From a virus (lineage: Duplodnaviria > Caudoviricetes), in the IMG/VR virus record IMGVR_UViG_3300025390_000009, positions 1 to 58,381 of that record: a stretch of 58,381 nucleotides of DNA. One strand, 5' to 3'. The translations under genes were made by a program, and so were the position numbers. Position 1 is the first letter of the stretch. Each line of letters opens with the position of its first letter. The notes beneath the pieces were generated by a model. The model made no database searches. It worked only from the letters and a program-made list of their open reading frames with translations, and had not been told where the DNA came from. Positions 17,227 to 28,203 of the stretch are shown here, in pieces.

Positions 17227-17791
17227 TCATCTAATTCAAAAAGCTGTTTTACGTGAAAATATGAACGGCTATTTTGAGCGGCACCATATTATACCGAAAT
17301 GCTTAGGGGGTTCTGATGATAAAAATAATCTAGTAAAATTAACAGCTAGAGAGCATTTTATTGCTCATTGTTTATTAGCTCGCATTCATGGAGGAGTTTT
17401 ATGGCATGCTATTATTCAATTTAAAGATTCAAATAGGTATTTTAGTTCTAGATTATATGAAAACGCTAGAAAGAAACATGCTATTGAAATTTCAAAGAGA
17501 TTAAAGAATATTCCTAGACCAGCTCAATCAATTAGGCAAAAAGGAGTTAAACGACCTGATGTATCAATCCAGATGCGTGGTAATACTTACGGAAATAATT
17601 TAAAAGGTTACAAACATTCACCTGAATTTGGCAAAGCTATTTCAATTAGACAAAAAGGTAAAAATAATCCAATGTTTGGCAAAAAGCTCACGCCAGAACA
17701 TAAACTTAAAATAGCCGCTAGTATAGCTAAAAATAGATTTGATAGAAAATGCATTGCTATTAATACATTGATAAACAGTATTTTTATTTAA
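17204..17791 (+). mobile_element. Free-standing HNH homing endonuclease with NUMOD3-like C-terminus
   Basis: ERHHIIPKCLGGSDDKNNLVKLTAREHFIAH; GKNNPMFGKKLTPEHK; AT-rich. Confidence 0.85.
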
Positions 17792-17803
17792 AAGGAACTA
17801 ATT

Positions 17804-18010
17804 ATGAATTCAAATTTTGTTTGGACTGCTGCAGGTACTGACATTACAATCCGCTGGAAAATGAATGGTTGGATTCCGCCGTCAGAACTTCAAGAGTATA
17901 GAGACAAGTGGAAGTATTATCAAGAACTTCCACTCCGCTCGTTGGATGCCAACGCTAAGGAACAATACGAATTAGTTCTAAAGCGAGCTAAAGTAGCACG
18001 CATCAGATAA
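17804..18010 (+). CDS. Hypothetical protein, last gene of the + arm
   Basis: ORF with RBS; stop abuts a convergent gene. Confidence 0.7.
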   Translation: MNSNFVWTAAGTDITIRWKMNGWIPPSELQEYRDKWKYYQELPLRSLDANAKEQYELVLKRAKVARIR

Positions 18011-19312
18011 TTATTGCCAATAGCCTTTAGCTTTTCCAGCTTCATAAGCTAGAGGTGCTCCAATAGCCAACCCCGTACCTATAGCTTTTGCAGGTGGGTA
18101 TGGGGTTAGGCTAGCGAGACCACCTAATCCACCTATAGTGTGCGCAACACCTGCAGCTGTACGACCTTCTGGAAAGTCTTTTGCAGCCTCATATAAATCA
18201 TATGCTCCAGCTCCACCTGTAATTGGACCAGCTAACTTTCCACCAACCCATTTTGCACCGTTCCAGACTTTACCCATATTAGTGAGTTCAGGCAGGGCGG
18301 CAGACTCTTGAAGTAGTCGCGCTTTGTCAGCTAGGCGCGCTGCCATTTCTTTATTGCGAGTTACTTCGGTAGGAGTGCTAGATTTTAATTGGTTTAGAGC
18401 ATCTTCTAAAGATAAAAACTCAGATTTAGCCTGTTGATGCGCTTTTGTCGCTTGAGCTAATTTGTCTCGCGCTGCTTCGGCAATACTACGGTCAACTTTT
18501 TCTACACCGCGCGCTGAACTCGCATGAGTGGGTAGCATGATATTTGAGCGTTCGGGTACCATGGCATATCCAGGACCAATTTTAGCTTCTGCATTTTTGA
18601 CCTGCTTCATAATGTCCCAGACACCTTCTTCATTTTTAGTAGTATCTATTGCGCGAGCAGCGTCAAAATCAGTTAATCCATATGACTTACCGTAGTTCTC
18701 AGTAGCAACTCCTCCTAGGGGCTTTACGACGTTTTTACCTTGTGCTGGGGGCAAACCTTCATCCATAGCTATTAGTTTGCCTAAATCCGTTTTCTGAGTA
18801 GATGGAGTGTATATTCCATGTTTAGCTGCTTCAGCTTGAGCTAACTTCAATTCAGCTTCTGCATCTTTTAATACATTTGAAGCAGCTTGATGCTGTTGAT
18901 GCGTGTCTAAAATATTATTAGCATGGCTTTGAGTTGAGCGTTCAAATGCATTATTAGCTACGTCAGCATTCACCTTAGCCGTATTAAGCGCAGAACCAGT
19001 AACTGGAGGTTTGATGACTTCTTCAGTCATAGGTTGATTAAACACCTTACCAGCACCCGCACCTGCTAATGCTGAACCAACGTCCCCTACATCAAAACTA
19101 GAAGGAGCAGAAGAAACCGTAACCGAACCTTCAGGAGCAGAACCCGCTTGACCTTGAGTGAGATTATATAATTCAGGATGAGCCTGCTGAAGAAATTGAG
19201 CACCCGCATCAGGTTGAGACTGAGTATGAGTTGAACCTTCTTGAGTTAAACTATATAACTCAGGGTGTTGCTGTTGCAACAATTGTGCTCCACTGTCAAT
19301 TGAGTCAGCCAT
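18011..19312 (-). CDS. Putative ejection (internal virion) protein
   Basis: Last gene of the virion operon; N-terminal repeat GAQxLQQxHPELYxLTQ twice; Gly/Ala-rich hydrophobic C-terminus. Confidence 0.6.
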   Translation of the reverse strand: MADSIDSGAQLLQQQHPELYSLTQEGSTHTQSQPDAGAQFLQQAHPELYNLTQGQAGSAPEGSVTVSSAPSSFDVGDVGSALAGAGAGKVFNQPMTEEVIKPPVTGSALNTAKVNADVANNAFERSTQSHANNILDTHQQHQAASNVLKDAEAELKLAQAEAAKHGIYTPSTQKTDLGKLIAMDEGLPPAQGKNVVKPLGGVATENYGKSYGLTDFDAARAIDTTKNEEGVWDIMKQVKNAEAKIGPGYAMVPERSNIMLPTHASSARGVEKVDRSIAEAARDKLAQATKAHQQAKSEFLSLEDALNQLKSSTPTEVTRNKEMAARLADKARLLQESAALPELTNMGKVWNGAKWVGGKLAGPITGGAGAYDLYEAAKDFPEGRTAAGVAHTIGGLGGLASLTPYPPAKAIGTGLAIGAPLAYEAGKAKGYWQ

Positions 19313-19321
19313 GATTAATCC

Positions 19322-21115
19322 TTATTGTTGCGGTTTGTACTTATAGTTATTACTAAGGTAACTATATGCGCTGGCATATTGCTCAGGTACTTTACGGAAT
19401 GGAGATTCTTTTGAATTAAAGAATTCATTCAAATGAGTATTAGCATAATTCTCACCTTTTTCTCTTACCCAATCAGAATACGCATCTTTTACTGCTAATC
19501 CTTTAGAGTTTTCTAATTTACGTTGAGCAGCCCACTTGTCAATAAATTGAGGAATATTATTCATATTCGTATTCAAGGCTTGCATTTGTTGATCTTCATA
19601 GTTTGTCAAGCGCGCACCGAATGCAGTCTGGCGATTCATTTTTAGGTTGTTAATCACCTGTTGAGACATGATCATAGCTGCCTCACTAGCTGCCGCTTTC
19701 TGCTCAGTCTTCAAAGTTGAATTACGTACTATATTGTCAAACCCAGTTCTGAGATGCCCGATATCGCCTATGGTTACGCCTTCATCAGTTGCACTCATAC
19801 CGATTTTTGCAAGTTTCTTGATGAATGAATCCTCATCACCTGCCTGCAGTACGCCAAATATTTGATTAGCATCTTTGCGAGTAGCTAAATTATGAAGGCG
19901 ATCAAGCTGAGCATTAGAAGATATAAAGGCATCGGGTGTTTCACTGGTTAACGCGTCACGCATGGTGTTGTACTGCTTATTACCTGCAACGGCTTGTTCT
20001 TTCAATACGGCTTGTTGACCTGCAATACCTAAACCTGAAGATTCCGCGCCTGCCGTTGGTTTTTGTGCATTTTGAGGAGCTGAACCTTTTTGAAACAATA
20101 ATGAAGGATCAATAGGCTTTCCGTTTTTATCAAGAATACCAAATTCAACATGAGGTCCAGTAGACTTACCAGTAGAACCTACAGTACCTACAGGTTGCCC
20201 TTGAGTTAGATCATCACCTGTTTTGACATTAACATCATTCAAATGCGCGTAATATGAGGTTGTTCCATTAGGGTGCTCAATAATAACTCGATTTCCATAT
20301 CCATCAGGAGACTTCTCAATTGATGATACTTTTCCTGGTAATACAGCCTGCACTGGAGAATTAAGAGGAGCAGCAAAATCAATACCGTTATGTGACTCAA
20401 TTTTAGAATTATCAAATGGATTTTTACGCTCTCCAAATGGGCTAGAGATTGTAGCTTTTTCAACGGGATAATTAAGTCCAAAACCTTGTTGGGCTGCAGG
20501 AGATTGAGCCGTAGAAGGTTGAGGCGTAGAAGGTTGAGTTACATTAGGCAATGCTCCTGGGAATTCAGCATTTAAACGAGCAGTGGCTACGTTAGCATTA
20601 GATGCCTCTGCTCCTGCTTTTGTTGCCTCATTTGTGAAGCCAATCATATTCTTTAAAATTTCACCACGAGCTGGAGATAAAGAAGCTACCAATGGGTAGA
20701 TAGCCTGCAACTTTGCAGATTGAGAAGCATCAATATTGCCTGAACTTAAAGTATTAGGCACTTCAGAGGGGGATACTCCTAGGGTTTGACCCATTAATCC
20801 AAGGGCTTTTGCATCATTCTGCATAGTGTACTTTTGACCAGCAATTTGGGCGCGCATCATCGCTAGACTAGGGGCTATATCTTTTTCATGCTCTATATCT
20901 TTACCCATAGCTCCCGCAGCATTACCTAGGGATTCTCCAAATGAGCCTGTCTTTGTAGGTGAGAGGAACCCCTGAGCTACATTAAACCAGTTTGTACCTC
21001 CACGGTTCTGCAGGGAATCTGCAACCTTGGTTAATGCATCAACATACGCCTGTTGAGCCTCTGGATCTGTACCGATTCCAGCCGGAGCAGCTGGTAATGC
21101 ACCTATAGTTGCCAT
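19322..21115 (-). CDS. Internal virion / ejection protein with M23 peptidase domain
   Basis: ISSPFGER...HNGIDF...YAHL...GKSTGPHVEF. Confidence 0.8.
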   Translation of the reverse strand: MATIGALPAAPAGIGTDPEAQQAYVDALTKVADSLQNRGGTNWFNVAQGFLSPTKTGSFGESLGNAAGAMGKDIEHEKDIAPSLAMMRAQIAGQKYTMQNDAKALGLMGQTLGVSPSEVPNTLSSGNIDASQSAKLQAIYPLVASLSPARGEILKNMIGFTNEATKAGAEASNANVATARLNAEFPGALPNVTQPSTPQPSTAQSPAAQQGFGLNYPVEKATISSPFGERKNPFDNSKIESHNGIDFAAPLNSPVQAVLPGKVSSIEKSPDGYGNRVIIEHPNGTTSYYAHLNDVNVKTGDDLTQGQPVGTVGSTGKSTGPHVEFGILDKNGKPIDPSLLFQKGSAPQNAQKPTAGAESSGLGIAGQQAVLKEQAVAGNKQYNTMRDALTSETPDAFISSNAQLDRLHNLATRKDANQIFGVLQAGDEDSFIKKLAKIGMSATDEGVTIGDIGHLRTGFDNIVRNSTLKTEQKAAASEAAMIMSQQVINNLKMNRQTAFGARLTNYEDQQMQALNTNMNNIPQFIDKWAAQRKLENSKGLAVKDAYSDWVREKGENYANTHLNEFFNSKESPFRKVPEQYASAYSYLSNNYKYKPQQ

Positions 21116-21118
21116 AAT

Positions 21119-22597
21119 TTATCCTCCTCCGTTGTTTTGAGCATCTAGCGCAGCTTGAGCGTCAGCTTGTTGTTGAGCATAAGCTGCCGCTTGGGCATCA
21201 GCCTGCTGTTGGGCTGCCGCTTGGGCATCAGCCTGCTGTTGAGTATAAGCAGTCGTAGCAGGGTTACCAAATTGATCAACAGGTGTACCGCTTGAATTAA
21301 CATAAGTCGGCATACCTGTACTTGGGTCTGTTCCTGATACGCTAACTCCAGTTGGAAGACCACTTCCACCGTTGCTCGTACTAGAACCGCCATTGGCAAT
21401 CCAGTTAGCTGCACTACTTAATCCAGAATTAACGGCAGTTAAACCACTTCCAACCAAGCCAGAAGTAGCAGGTGTCTGCCCATTAGTCGATGCAGGTGAA
21501 CCAAACAATGTTTGACCCAAGCCAGTTCCAGCCAATGCCGAACCAATACCCGAAATCTGCGCGAGAGGAGAAGTATTGTAAGCACCAGGAATCGGACCAG
21601 TATAAGTTGAACTCGTAGCGGTAGGAATTGTAGCACCTTTAAGCAGGTTGGATTCTGCCGTGAGTTGAGTCATTGGATAATTCTGAGCATTTTGACCAAT
21701 AGTTTGCTGCTGAGCACCAAGGGTAGACAGCGCGTTAACGTCACCTAGACCGAGGTTCTGAGTAGTTGTACCTAGGTTTTGAGCAGCTATACCTGTATTT
21801 AGAGCACCTTGTTGAGTTGCAGTTGCAAGATTACCCTGTAGCTGACCAGCATTAAGCTGATTTGCCATTTGAGCATTAGTTAGGTTACCTGCCGTTTGTC
21901 CTAATTGACCATAAAGAGCTGCTTGCTGCCCAGCCGCTGTAAGAGCATTTTGATAACCAGACTGTAATGCAGAAGCCTGCTGACCAGTAATACCTAAACC
22001 TGCATTAGAAAGGACTTCCCCGAGAGCCTGCTGTCCGCGTTTAGAACCGAATCCACCCGCGCCTACAATACCAGCGGTCGCTTGAGGAGCAAGGTTTTGA
22101 GCAATATTAGCTTGACCGAGATTACCGATAGAGTTAACAACGTCATTAGTATATGGAGACATATACTGTTGAACAGTTTGTGAAGTAGGAACAGCTGCCG
22201 CATTTAAATAAGGTTGAGCCGCATTAACCGCATTATTACCCATAGCTGTATTAATAGTACCAGCAGCAGCAGCTGAAGGGTTAATACTACCTGCGTAATT
22301 TATATTAGAAGAAGCTGTATTTAAAGCAGGTTGATAATTACCAACATTCTGCCCAACTTGACCAAAGGCTTGCTGCTGTAATGGAGCTGCTCCAACATAT
22401 TGAGAATTTTGAGCAGCTGCTTGACCTTGAGTAGATAACTGATTCAAATAATCAGTATAGAACTGCGGAGTGGCAGTAGCTTGAGCTTGAGTAGTAGTAA
22501 TATTAGGTAAAGCTGTACCCTGAGTAATAGAACCCGATCCAGGAGCTGAACCTGCTGTTACACCGAGGTTTGGAGGTAATGCACCGACAGCAGCCAT
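21119..22597 (-). CDS. Putative DNA-transfer / ejection protein
   Basis: Q/A/G-rich; YMSPYT and GGFGSKR motifs; position in the operon. Confidence 0.7.
   Translation of the reverse strand: MAAVGALPPNLGVTAGSAPGSGSITQGTALPNITTTQAQATATPQFYTDYLNQLSTQGQAAAQNSQYVGAAPLQQQAFGQVGQNVGNYQPALNTASSNINYAGSINPSAAAAGTINTAMGNNAVNAAQPYLNAAAVPTSQTVQQYMSPYTNDVVNSIGNLGQANIAQNLAPQATAGIVGAGGFGSKRGQQALGEVLSNAGLGITGQQASALQSGYQNALTAAGQQAALYGQLGQTAGNLTNAQMANQLNAGQLQGNLATATQQGALNTGIAAQNLGTTTQNLGLGDVNALSTLGAQQQTIGQNAQNYPMTQLTAESNLLKGATIPTATSSTYTGPIPGAYNTSPLAQISGIGSALAGTGLGQTLFGSPASTNGQTPATSGLVGSGLTAVNSGLSSAANWIANGGSSTSNGGSGLPTGVSVSGTDPSTGMPTYVNSSGTPVDQFGNPATTAYTQQQADAQAAAQQQADAQAAAYAQQQADAQAALDAQNNGGG
21183..21241 (-). 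repeat. 30-bp tandem repeat encoding QQQADAQAAA
   Basis: Two near-exact copies plus a degenerate third downstream. Confidence 0.85.
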
Positions 22598-22598
22598 A

Positions 22599-24365
22599 TT
22601 ATGAGTTCCTTGTTTTCTTGATTGCTTCTTTTACATATTGTAACGGAGAAGCCTTTGGGGGGATCTTATCAACTGGCGCAGCTCGTTTGTGTGCGCGTAC
22701 AGATTTACGGAAGTTATCTAAGAATCTTGCACCAGCCTCAGATGAACCATCACCGAGTGCCGCTACAGTGTCAGCATCAAATACATATTCGTCATTAGCG
22801 AGCATTGCAGGGATTTCATCGCTTTGACCAGTACCGCGCCCTTTGACGTGATGACCTGTTTTTCCTGTTACAAATTCAGGTACATGCTCAGCATGACCAC
22901 CGTTAGCATAACCCACAACTCCACCGTTCTTATAAGTCTGAGTTGTTGAACTACCCATAAGAGACGCTAAAATACGCGGATCAACAACACCTAATTGAGG
23001 ATGCATTTGAATTAACTGTTCTAATTGAGGGTTAGAAGTAGTAGATGAAGGTAGATTACTAGAGGTCATAACCCCTGGAGTCAAGTTAGCAGGTAAACCA
23101 TTATTATTTAAACCTGAACTTGGCGCGGAATTACTAGCAGTTCCAGTGTTAAAGTTTACACTAGAGCCAGTAGGAATACCCGCTTGAGAACCAGCTAATT
23201 CAAGGTTAGAAAGACCACCACTAGTGGTACCTGCCATTGTAGGTGCACCAGTTTGACTTTGAATAGAAGCAGAGTTTTGAGATTGAATAGCTGCAGTTGG
23301 TATACCAGTTGAAGTTGATTTCAGAGTTCCACTAGCTTGAGTAGTAGGGGAATTTACAGAATTAATAGCCGTATTAGCTCCATAACTCGCAGCACTACCC
23401 AGAACTTGACCTAATAATGAACTATTAGCATTTTCTCCAGTAGCTGCATTTTGGGCAGCTGTTCCGAGTTGATTCGCGGCAGAAGAAACGCCACCGATAA
23501 TACCACCTGTTAATGCGCCCGTACCAATGCTTCCGTTATTTACGGCAGCCATTGTACCACCTCGTATGGCTCCATTTAAAGCGCCTTGACTAGTAGGGTC
23601 TAAACCTAAATTTTGACCTACAGTATTTGCTACTCCAGAGGCAGCCCCACCCGCTCCACCAATTAGAGCACCAGTGCCGATATTACCACCATTTAATGCC
23701 GCACTTGTGGCACCGCTAACTGCACCAGTTAAAGGACTAGCTAGTAATGAAGGTGCTCCAGCTTGAGCTAAACCATTACCTAGACCACCTGAAACTGCTC
23801 CCGTAACACCCGCGTTAAGAACCTTATTAGGGTCAATCGAGCCTGTATTTACGAGTTGCCCAAGACTATTCATTCCAGCACTTTTTAAAGCACCTTGACC
23901 AGCAGCTTGAAGCGCAGAGTCTGCACTGGCACTGCCTGTAACACTTGCAGCGTCAGCAGCCGTAGTCCCAGCCGTAGCAGCCGTATCACCCGCTACAGTA
24001 GCCGCATTTGCAGCAGCTACATCCGCACCTGTAGCGACAGCGGTATCGGCTGCAGCGGTTCCCGCAGCTGCTTCAGTTCCAGTAGTGATAGCGGCGTCAG
24101 CAGCGGCAGAAGTAACGGCATCTGCAGTAGCAACTTCACCCGCTGCAATAGCTCCGTCCGCGGCAACAGCCCCGCCGTCAATAGCAGCTTCAGCCGCGAG
24201 CGAAGCACCGTCAGTAGCAACAGCTAGGGCAACAGTAGCAACTACGGCAACCACTGCCATAATACCACCGCCCCCGCCACCGCCTTCTAAAGTAGCAGGA
24301 CCATATCCGCCTAATCGTTTTTGGAATGCCCGCTCAGGGAGCATTGAATCTAATGTATATCTCAT
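22599..24365 (-). CDS. Putative ejection / internal virion protein
   Basis: Ala/Gly-rich; C-terminal GTGQSDEIPAMLANDEYVFDADTV...LGDGSS motif. Confidence 0.7.
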   Translation of the reverse strand: MRYTLDSMLPERAFQKRLGGYGPATLEGGGGGGGIMAVVAVVATVALAVATDGASLAAEAAIDGGAVAADGAIAAGEVATADAVTSAAADAAITTGTEAAAGTAAADTAVATGADVAAANAATVAGDTAATAGTTAADAASVTGSASADSALQAAGQGALKSAGMNSLGQLVNTGSIDPNKVLNAGVTGAVSGGLGNGLAQAGAPSLLASPLTGAVSGATSAALNGGNIGTGALIGGAGGAASGVANTVGQNLGLDPTSQGALNGAIRGGTMAAVNNGSIGTGALTGGIIGGVSSAANQLGTAAQNAATGENANSSLLGQVLGSAASYGANTAINSVNSPTTQASGTLKSTSTGIPTAAIQSQNSASIQSQTGAPTMAGTTSGGLSNLELAGSQAGIPTGSSVNFNTGTASNSAPSSGLNNNGLPANLTPGVMTSSNLPSSTTSNPQLEQLIQMHPQLGVVDPRILASLMGSSTTQTYKNGGVVGYANGGHAEHVPEFVTGKTGHHVKGRGTGQSDEIPAMLANDEYVFDADTVAALGDGSSEAGARFLDNFRKSVRAHKRAAPVDKIPPKASPLQYVKEAIKKTRNS

Positions 24366-24736
24366 AAACGTATCATCCAGTTATAATTTGGCTTATCTGG
24401 ATCTTGAATCTCTGTGCCTTCTTTATCTGCTAGCTTCTTTAAAAGGTTAATAATCTGAGGATTATCAGCATTTCCGTAGATAGCTTTGATATTGAGTTTT
24501 TCAATATCGTGAAAAATAGATATCATAGCTTGAGCTAATTTTAGCGGAGAGTCTTCAGTAAATAAATGAGTTTCATACTCATTATCGCCGATCTTTGCTA
24601 ATAACAAAACAGAATTTCCTTTAGTTAGCAGGAATCCTAATTTGTGTGTTAGAATGTATTGAATGCTGACTAGGACTTTAGTTGAATCTAGTCCGTGTTT
24701 TTCAGCCTCTTTTTTGATAATCTCTGAAGGTCTCAT
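24362..24736 (-). CDS. Hypothetical virion-module protein
   Basis: Start probably MRPSEII, overlapping the upstream stop. Confidence 0.65.
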   Translation of the reverse strand: MRPSEIIKKEAEKHGLDSTKVLVSIQYILTHKLGFLLTKGNSVLLLAKIGDNEYETHLFTEDSPLKLAQAMISIFHDIEKLNIKAIYGNADNPQIINLLKKLADKEGTEIQDPDKPNYNWMIRL

Positions 24737-24972
24737 TTGTGTTTCCGTATCGTCATAATACCTACTAATTGTTCTGCCCACTGTTGCCAATCATCAAACA
24801 ACCTTGGGTCTGGAGTTCCTGAATTAACAAAATATCCAATTCCCTGCATGCCGCTAGCCCAATCACGCCATTTGTCCTCAGGCACTGTACCGAGCTGATT
24901 CGCAGCAAATAACTCTGCCATCAAGGCGCACCACTTGTCCCAACTCATTCCGCGAGGGTCGTAGGTTATCAT
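24733..24972 (-). CDS. Small Trp-rich virion-module protein
   Basis: ORF track; overlaps its neighbours. Confidence 0.7.
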   Translation of the reverse strand: MITYDPRGMSWDKWCALMAELFAANQLGTVPEDKWRDWASGMQGIGYFVNSGTPDPRLFDDWQQWAEQLVGIMTIRKHK

Positions 24973-26987
24973 GGATTACCCGTTCCGCGCTCATCACCAA
25001 TGTCAGCACTGACTAATACGTTACCCATTTGATAATTTCCACCTGCGATATTACTTACAAATTTTAACCGCATTTCACGTCTTTGTTCACGCATATCAAT
25101 CTTTAAAGTCGTAGGGTCAAATACGTATGGGTCTGAAACTTCATTGTCATCATCAGCGTATGATTTACCAGTGACAATAATACTCATTTCACCCTGTTGA
25201 ACAAAGTCAGGTTCAATACGCTCAACGCGAATCCAGCGATTTAAACCTTTAATTTGTTTTGTTCCTGGACCACCGTTCACCCAGCCGAGGCTATTAGTCT
25301 CAAAAGAAGACTCAATAGCGTTTACATTGTTAAGATAAACCTCATCAACACCAATTTCATGTTGCCAGACAGTATATTGGCCTAATACATTAGGTTCATT
25401 ACCAGCCCAAACAGGATAGCGGAACACCTCAGAGAATGCGCCTGATGAACGGTTAGCACCGAGTGCTTGACCTGCATCATACCATTTCTTTTCACGAGTG
25501 TTGTAGATGATGGCATCATTACATTCAACAGAATCACCTTTAGGGTAGAACCACCAGATTTCACCCCAACGAGGAATCTTACTAACCCATACTTTTTGTC
25601 TTTGAACGTAATTCAAGTTGTCAAAGAAGTAATTCATGTTCATATCATTCGGTACTTCTTGAACAACTCCGTTATACGCTAGGAATCGGTCAACGCCACA
25701 CCAGAAGTAAATACCGTCATACTCAATAACGCATTGAGATGAAAGTATTGAAGTCTGATTAGTTACAATGTCATACGTCCAGTAGATTGTTGATGTGCCG
25801 ACGTTAGTTGGGTTATACACTACGCGAATCAAAGAATCTAATGACCAAAATAAACCCGCAGGTGCAGTAGTACCGCCGCGTACGGGTAAGCCTTTAACAA
25901 TCTTTGTAGCTGCTACGTTATTCTCGTTTGAATCTGCTCCCACCCAGTTTTGCAGGTCTCCCGCTGAATTGTTTTTAAGTAAACCATTATTACCATAAAC
26001 AAACAGGTAAGGGTAAAGCATTACGCATCCGCCTGAAACAGCAACATTATTATCAAACGTAAATGAGGTTGGACTGCCAGTAACCGCATTATTAATTGTT
26101 ACAGTGGTTAATGGGGTAGGGGAACTAGTAACGACAACCGCAGTTACGACTGTGTTAGCAGCTATTCCGAGCCCAGTTACTGTTTGACCGACTGCGATTA
26201 GAAAATTTTCACTAGGTATGGAAATAGTCGTGCTGGAGGCTGTTCCAGTTGCAGTAAACACTCCAACTTTAGACATTCCTCCACCAGGAAATGCTCCGTA
26301 CAAAACAGGAGTATTTACAGTGCTGTCAATATCTTCTAAGTTTTGTCCTGGATGAGCAATGATTGTCAATTCACCAGAGCCGCTTGAATCATAAGAAATA
26401 TCAAATTGCCAAAGATTATTGCTATTCGCGGTAAATGCGCTCAATACGGTAATACCGAGTTGAAATCCTGAACCTGTTCCTCCGATTGATGAAGGAGCCG
26501 CGCTCAATATGTCAGTAGACAAATAACCAGATCCCGCATAGGCGATTGTGACCGAAGTTACTTTATTACTTGAAACAGTGATATTAGCAAGAGCTCCTGT
26601 GCCTGAACCGCCAGTTAAAGCCACATTGGTGTAAGTGCCATTAGTGTAGGCACTACCTTGATTGGCTATTGTGGAAGTTGCAATTGAACCGTAGAAACCA
26701 ATTGGATAAGGTCCTGAACCTACTCCGTCATCATTGTCAGTCTGCCAATACTGCAGTGAATCAGAATATCCGCCATAAACGTAGTTTTCTCCGTTTTGTG
26801 ATTGCATAATCATCCCACGAGTGACACCAGGAGCATTCAGAAATATACCTTTGTAACCCCAGATCTTACGAGGGCGACCGCGCTGAAAGCGCACCCATAC
26901 GCCATCAACGTAGCAGGGAGCATCAAAGAGAGTTCCGTCTCTTTGAATCCCAGGAGCTACCGATAGGTTATATACGTCAGTGGTCAA
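24969..26987 (-). CDS. Tail tubular / nozzle (DNA stabilisation) protein
   Basis: PGIQRDGT, VRFQRGRPRK and EIWWFYP motifs; size and position. Confidence 0.7.
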   Translation of the reverse strand: MTTDVYNLSVAPGIQRDGTLFDAPCYVDGVWVRFQRGRPRKIWGYKGIFLNAPGVTRGMIMQSQNGENYVYGGYSDSLQYWQTDNDDGVGSGPYPIGFYGSIATSTIANQGSAYTNGTYTNVALTGGSGTGALANITVSSNKVTSVTIAYAGSGYLSTDILSAAPSSIGGTGSGFQLGITVLSAFTANSNNLWQFDISYDSSGSGELTIIAHPGQNLEDIDSTVNTPVLYGAFPGGGMSKVGVFTATGTASSTTISIPSENFLIAVGQTVTGLGIAANTVVTAVVVTSSPTPLTTVTINNAVTGSPTSFTFDNNVAVSGGCVMLYPYLFVYGNNGLLKNNSAGDLQNWVGADSNENNVAATKIVKGLPVRGGTTAPAGLFWSLDSLIRVVYNPTNVGTSTIYWTYDIVTNQTSILSSQCVIEYDGIYFWCGVDRFLAYNGVVQEVPNDMNMNYFFDNLNYVQRQKVWVSKIPRWGEIWWFYPKGDSVECNDAIIYNTREKKWYDAGQALGANRSSGAFSEVFRYPVWAGNEPNVLGQYTVWQHEIGVDEVYLNNVNAIESSFETNSLGWVNGGPGTKQIKGLNRWIRVERIEPDFVQQGEMSIIVTGKSYADDDNEVSDPYVFDPTTLKIDMREQRREMRLKFVSNIAGGNYQMGNVLVSADIGDERGTGNP

Positions 26988-28201
26988 AAGCTACCTCCAC
27001 CAATTCCGTTAGGTACAGCTAAACCTGTTGAACTAAAAGTAGCAGCGAGCGCATTGGCAACCACAACACTGAGGTTACTAGACGCGGGTAAATATAAACC
27101 AGTATTAGCATCGCCAGTGAACTTGAGAGATGGAGTAGAAAGAGACCCATTACCGAGAGTTAATGACGTAATAGAACTAGATGAACCAGAGGCAGCGTTA
27201 TATACATTGGTTCCGTCACAAATTAAAAGCAATGACGTCCCTTGAGGCACATTTACGACCGCTGCACCTATGGCTGAAGTCTTAACTGTAAAACTAAATG
27301 AACCTAAAGTGTTATTAGTTACAGTATACAGTTGAACCGTAGGGGGAACAATGATGATTTGATTTGAAGTTAAAGTGCCAGTGAACTCTTGAATGAGGTT
27401 AGATGCTTGAGAGGCAGTCTCGGTTAAAGTTCCACCAGTGACCACAACGGATAATTGAGTAAAAGCAAATTGAGTAGCCTGACCGTATCCAAATGTATTC
27501 CATCCGCTACCGTTAGAAACTACTACAAAAGACTCAGTAATTTGTAATTGGTCGCTCACGTTACCGTCAATAGTGTCAGAACCGACTGGGGCAATGGTAA
27601 GGATACCTGAACCGTTGTTACGGAACATGCAGAACCAATTCGCACCTACGCTTGAGGCAGAAGGTAGAGTTAAAGTTCCCGCACCACCTTGCCATACTGC
27701 AAATTGGGCACGAGCCGTAGCAGTTAAAGCTGAACTAGCGTAGTAATTAGTAACTGAGTAAGACTGATTCAAAGTAGGACCAATCGCGGTCAAACCGTAA
27801 CCCGCGAGGGTAGCGGCATCGGCAGCTGAAGTTCCCGCGCCGAATGTGACGTTAGACCAAGTTCCGTTAATAGTTGAATTGTCAGTCAAATAAAGGTAAA
27901 AAGCTACTCCAGAGTTTACTGAAAGCAGTGTATCACCGCCATTGTCAGTAACAGTAAAAGGGTTTGAACCAATGTTACGAATGATTACCGCTTGACCTAC
28001 TGAGACTTGCGCCGCAGGTGGCATAATCAAGTCTAAGCCGACAGTAGCCGCAGTTACTTCAATAATATTCGCAGCTACGTCAACAGTGTCATTACCGTTG
28101 ATTGGCCATTCTAAATACGTATTGGCAGAAATGGTAAGGTCAATGTACCCGACTTGAGAAGGGGAGATTGTCGCGCCTGTAAAAGGTGAGGTGTATTCCA
28201 T
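26984..28201 (-). CDS. Tail / fibre-base structural protein
   Basis: Beta-rich, Thr/Ser-rich; TLTLPSA..VGANW and CDGTN motifs. Confidence 0.65.
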   Translation of the reverse strand: MEYTSPFTGATISPSQVGYIDLTISANTYLEWPINGNDTVDVAANIIEVTAATVGLDLIMPPAAQVSVGQAVIIRNIGSNPFTVTDNGGDTLLSVNSGVAFYLYLTDNSTINGTWSNVTFGAGTSAADAATLAGYGLTAIGPTLNQSYSVTNYYASSALTATARAQFAVWQGGAGTLTLPSASSVGANWFCMFRNNGSGILTIAPVGSDTIDGNVSDQLQITESFVVVSNGSGWNTFGYGQATQFAFTQLSVVVTGGTLTETASQASNLIQEFTGTLTSNQIIIVPPTVQLYTVTNNTLGSFSFTVKTSAIGAAVVNVPQGTSLLLICDGTNVYNAASGSSSSITSLTLGNGSLSTPSLKFTGDANTGLYLPASSNLSVVVANALAATFSSTGLAVPNGIGGGSF

Positions 28202-28203
28202 GA

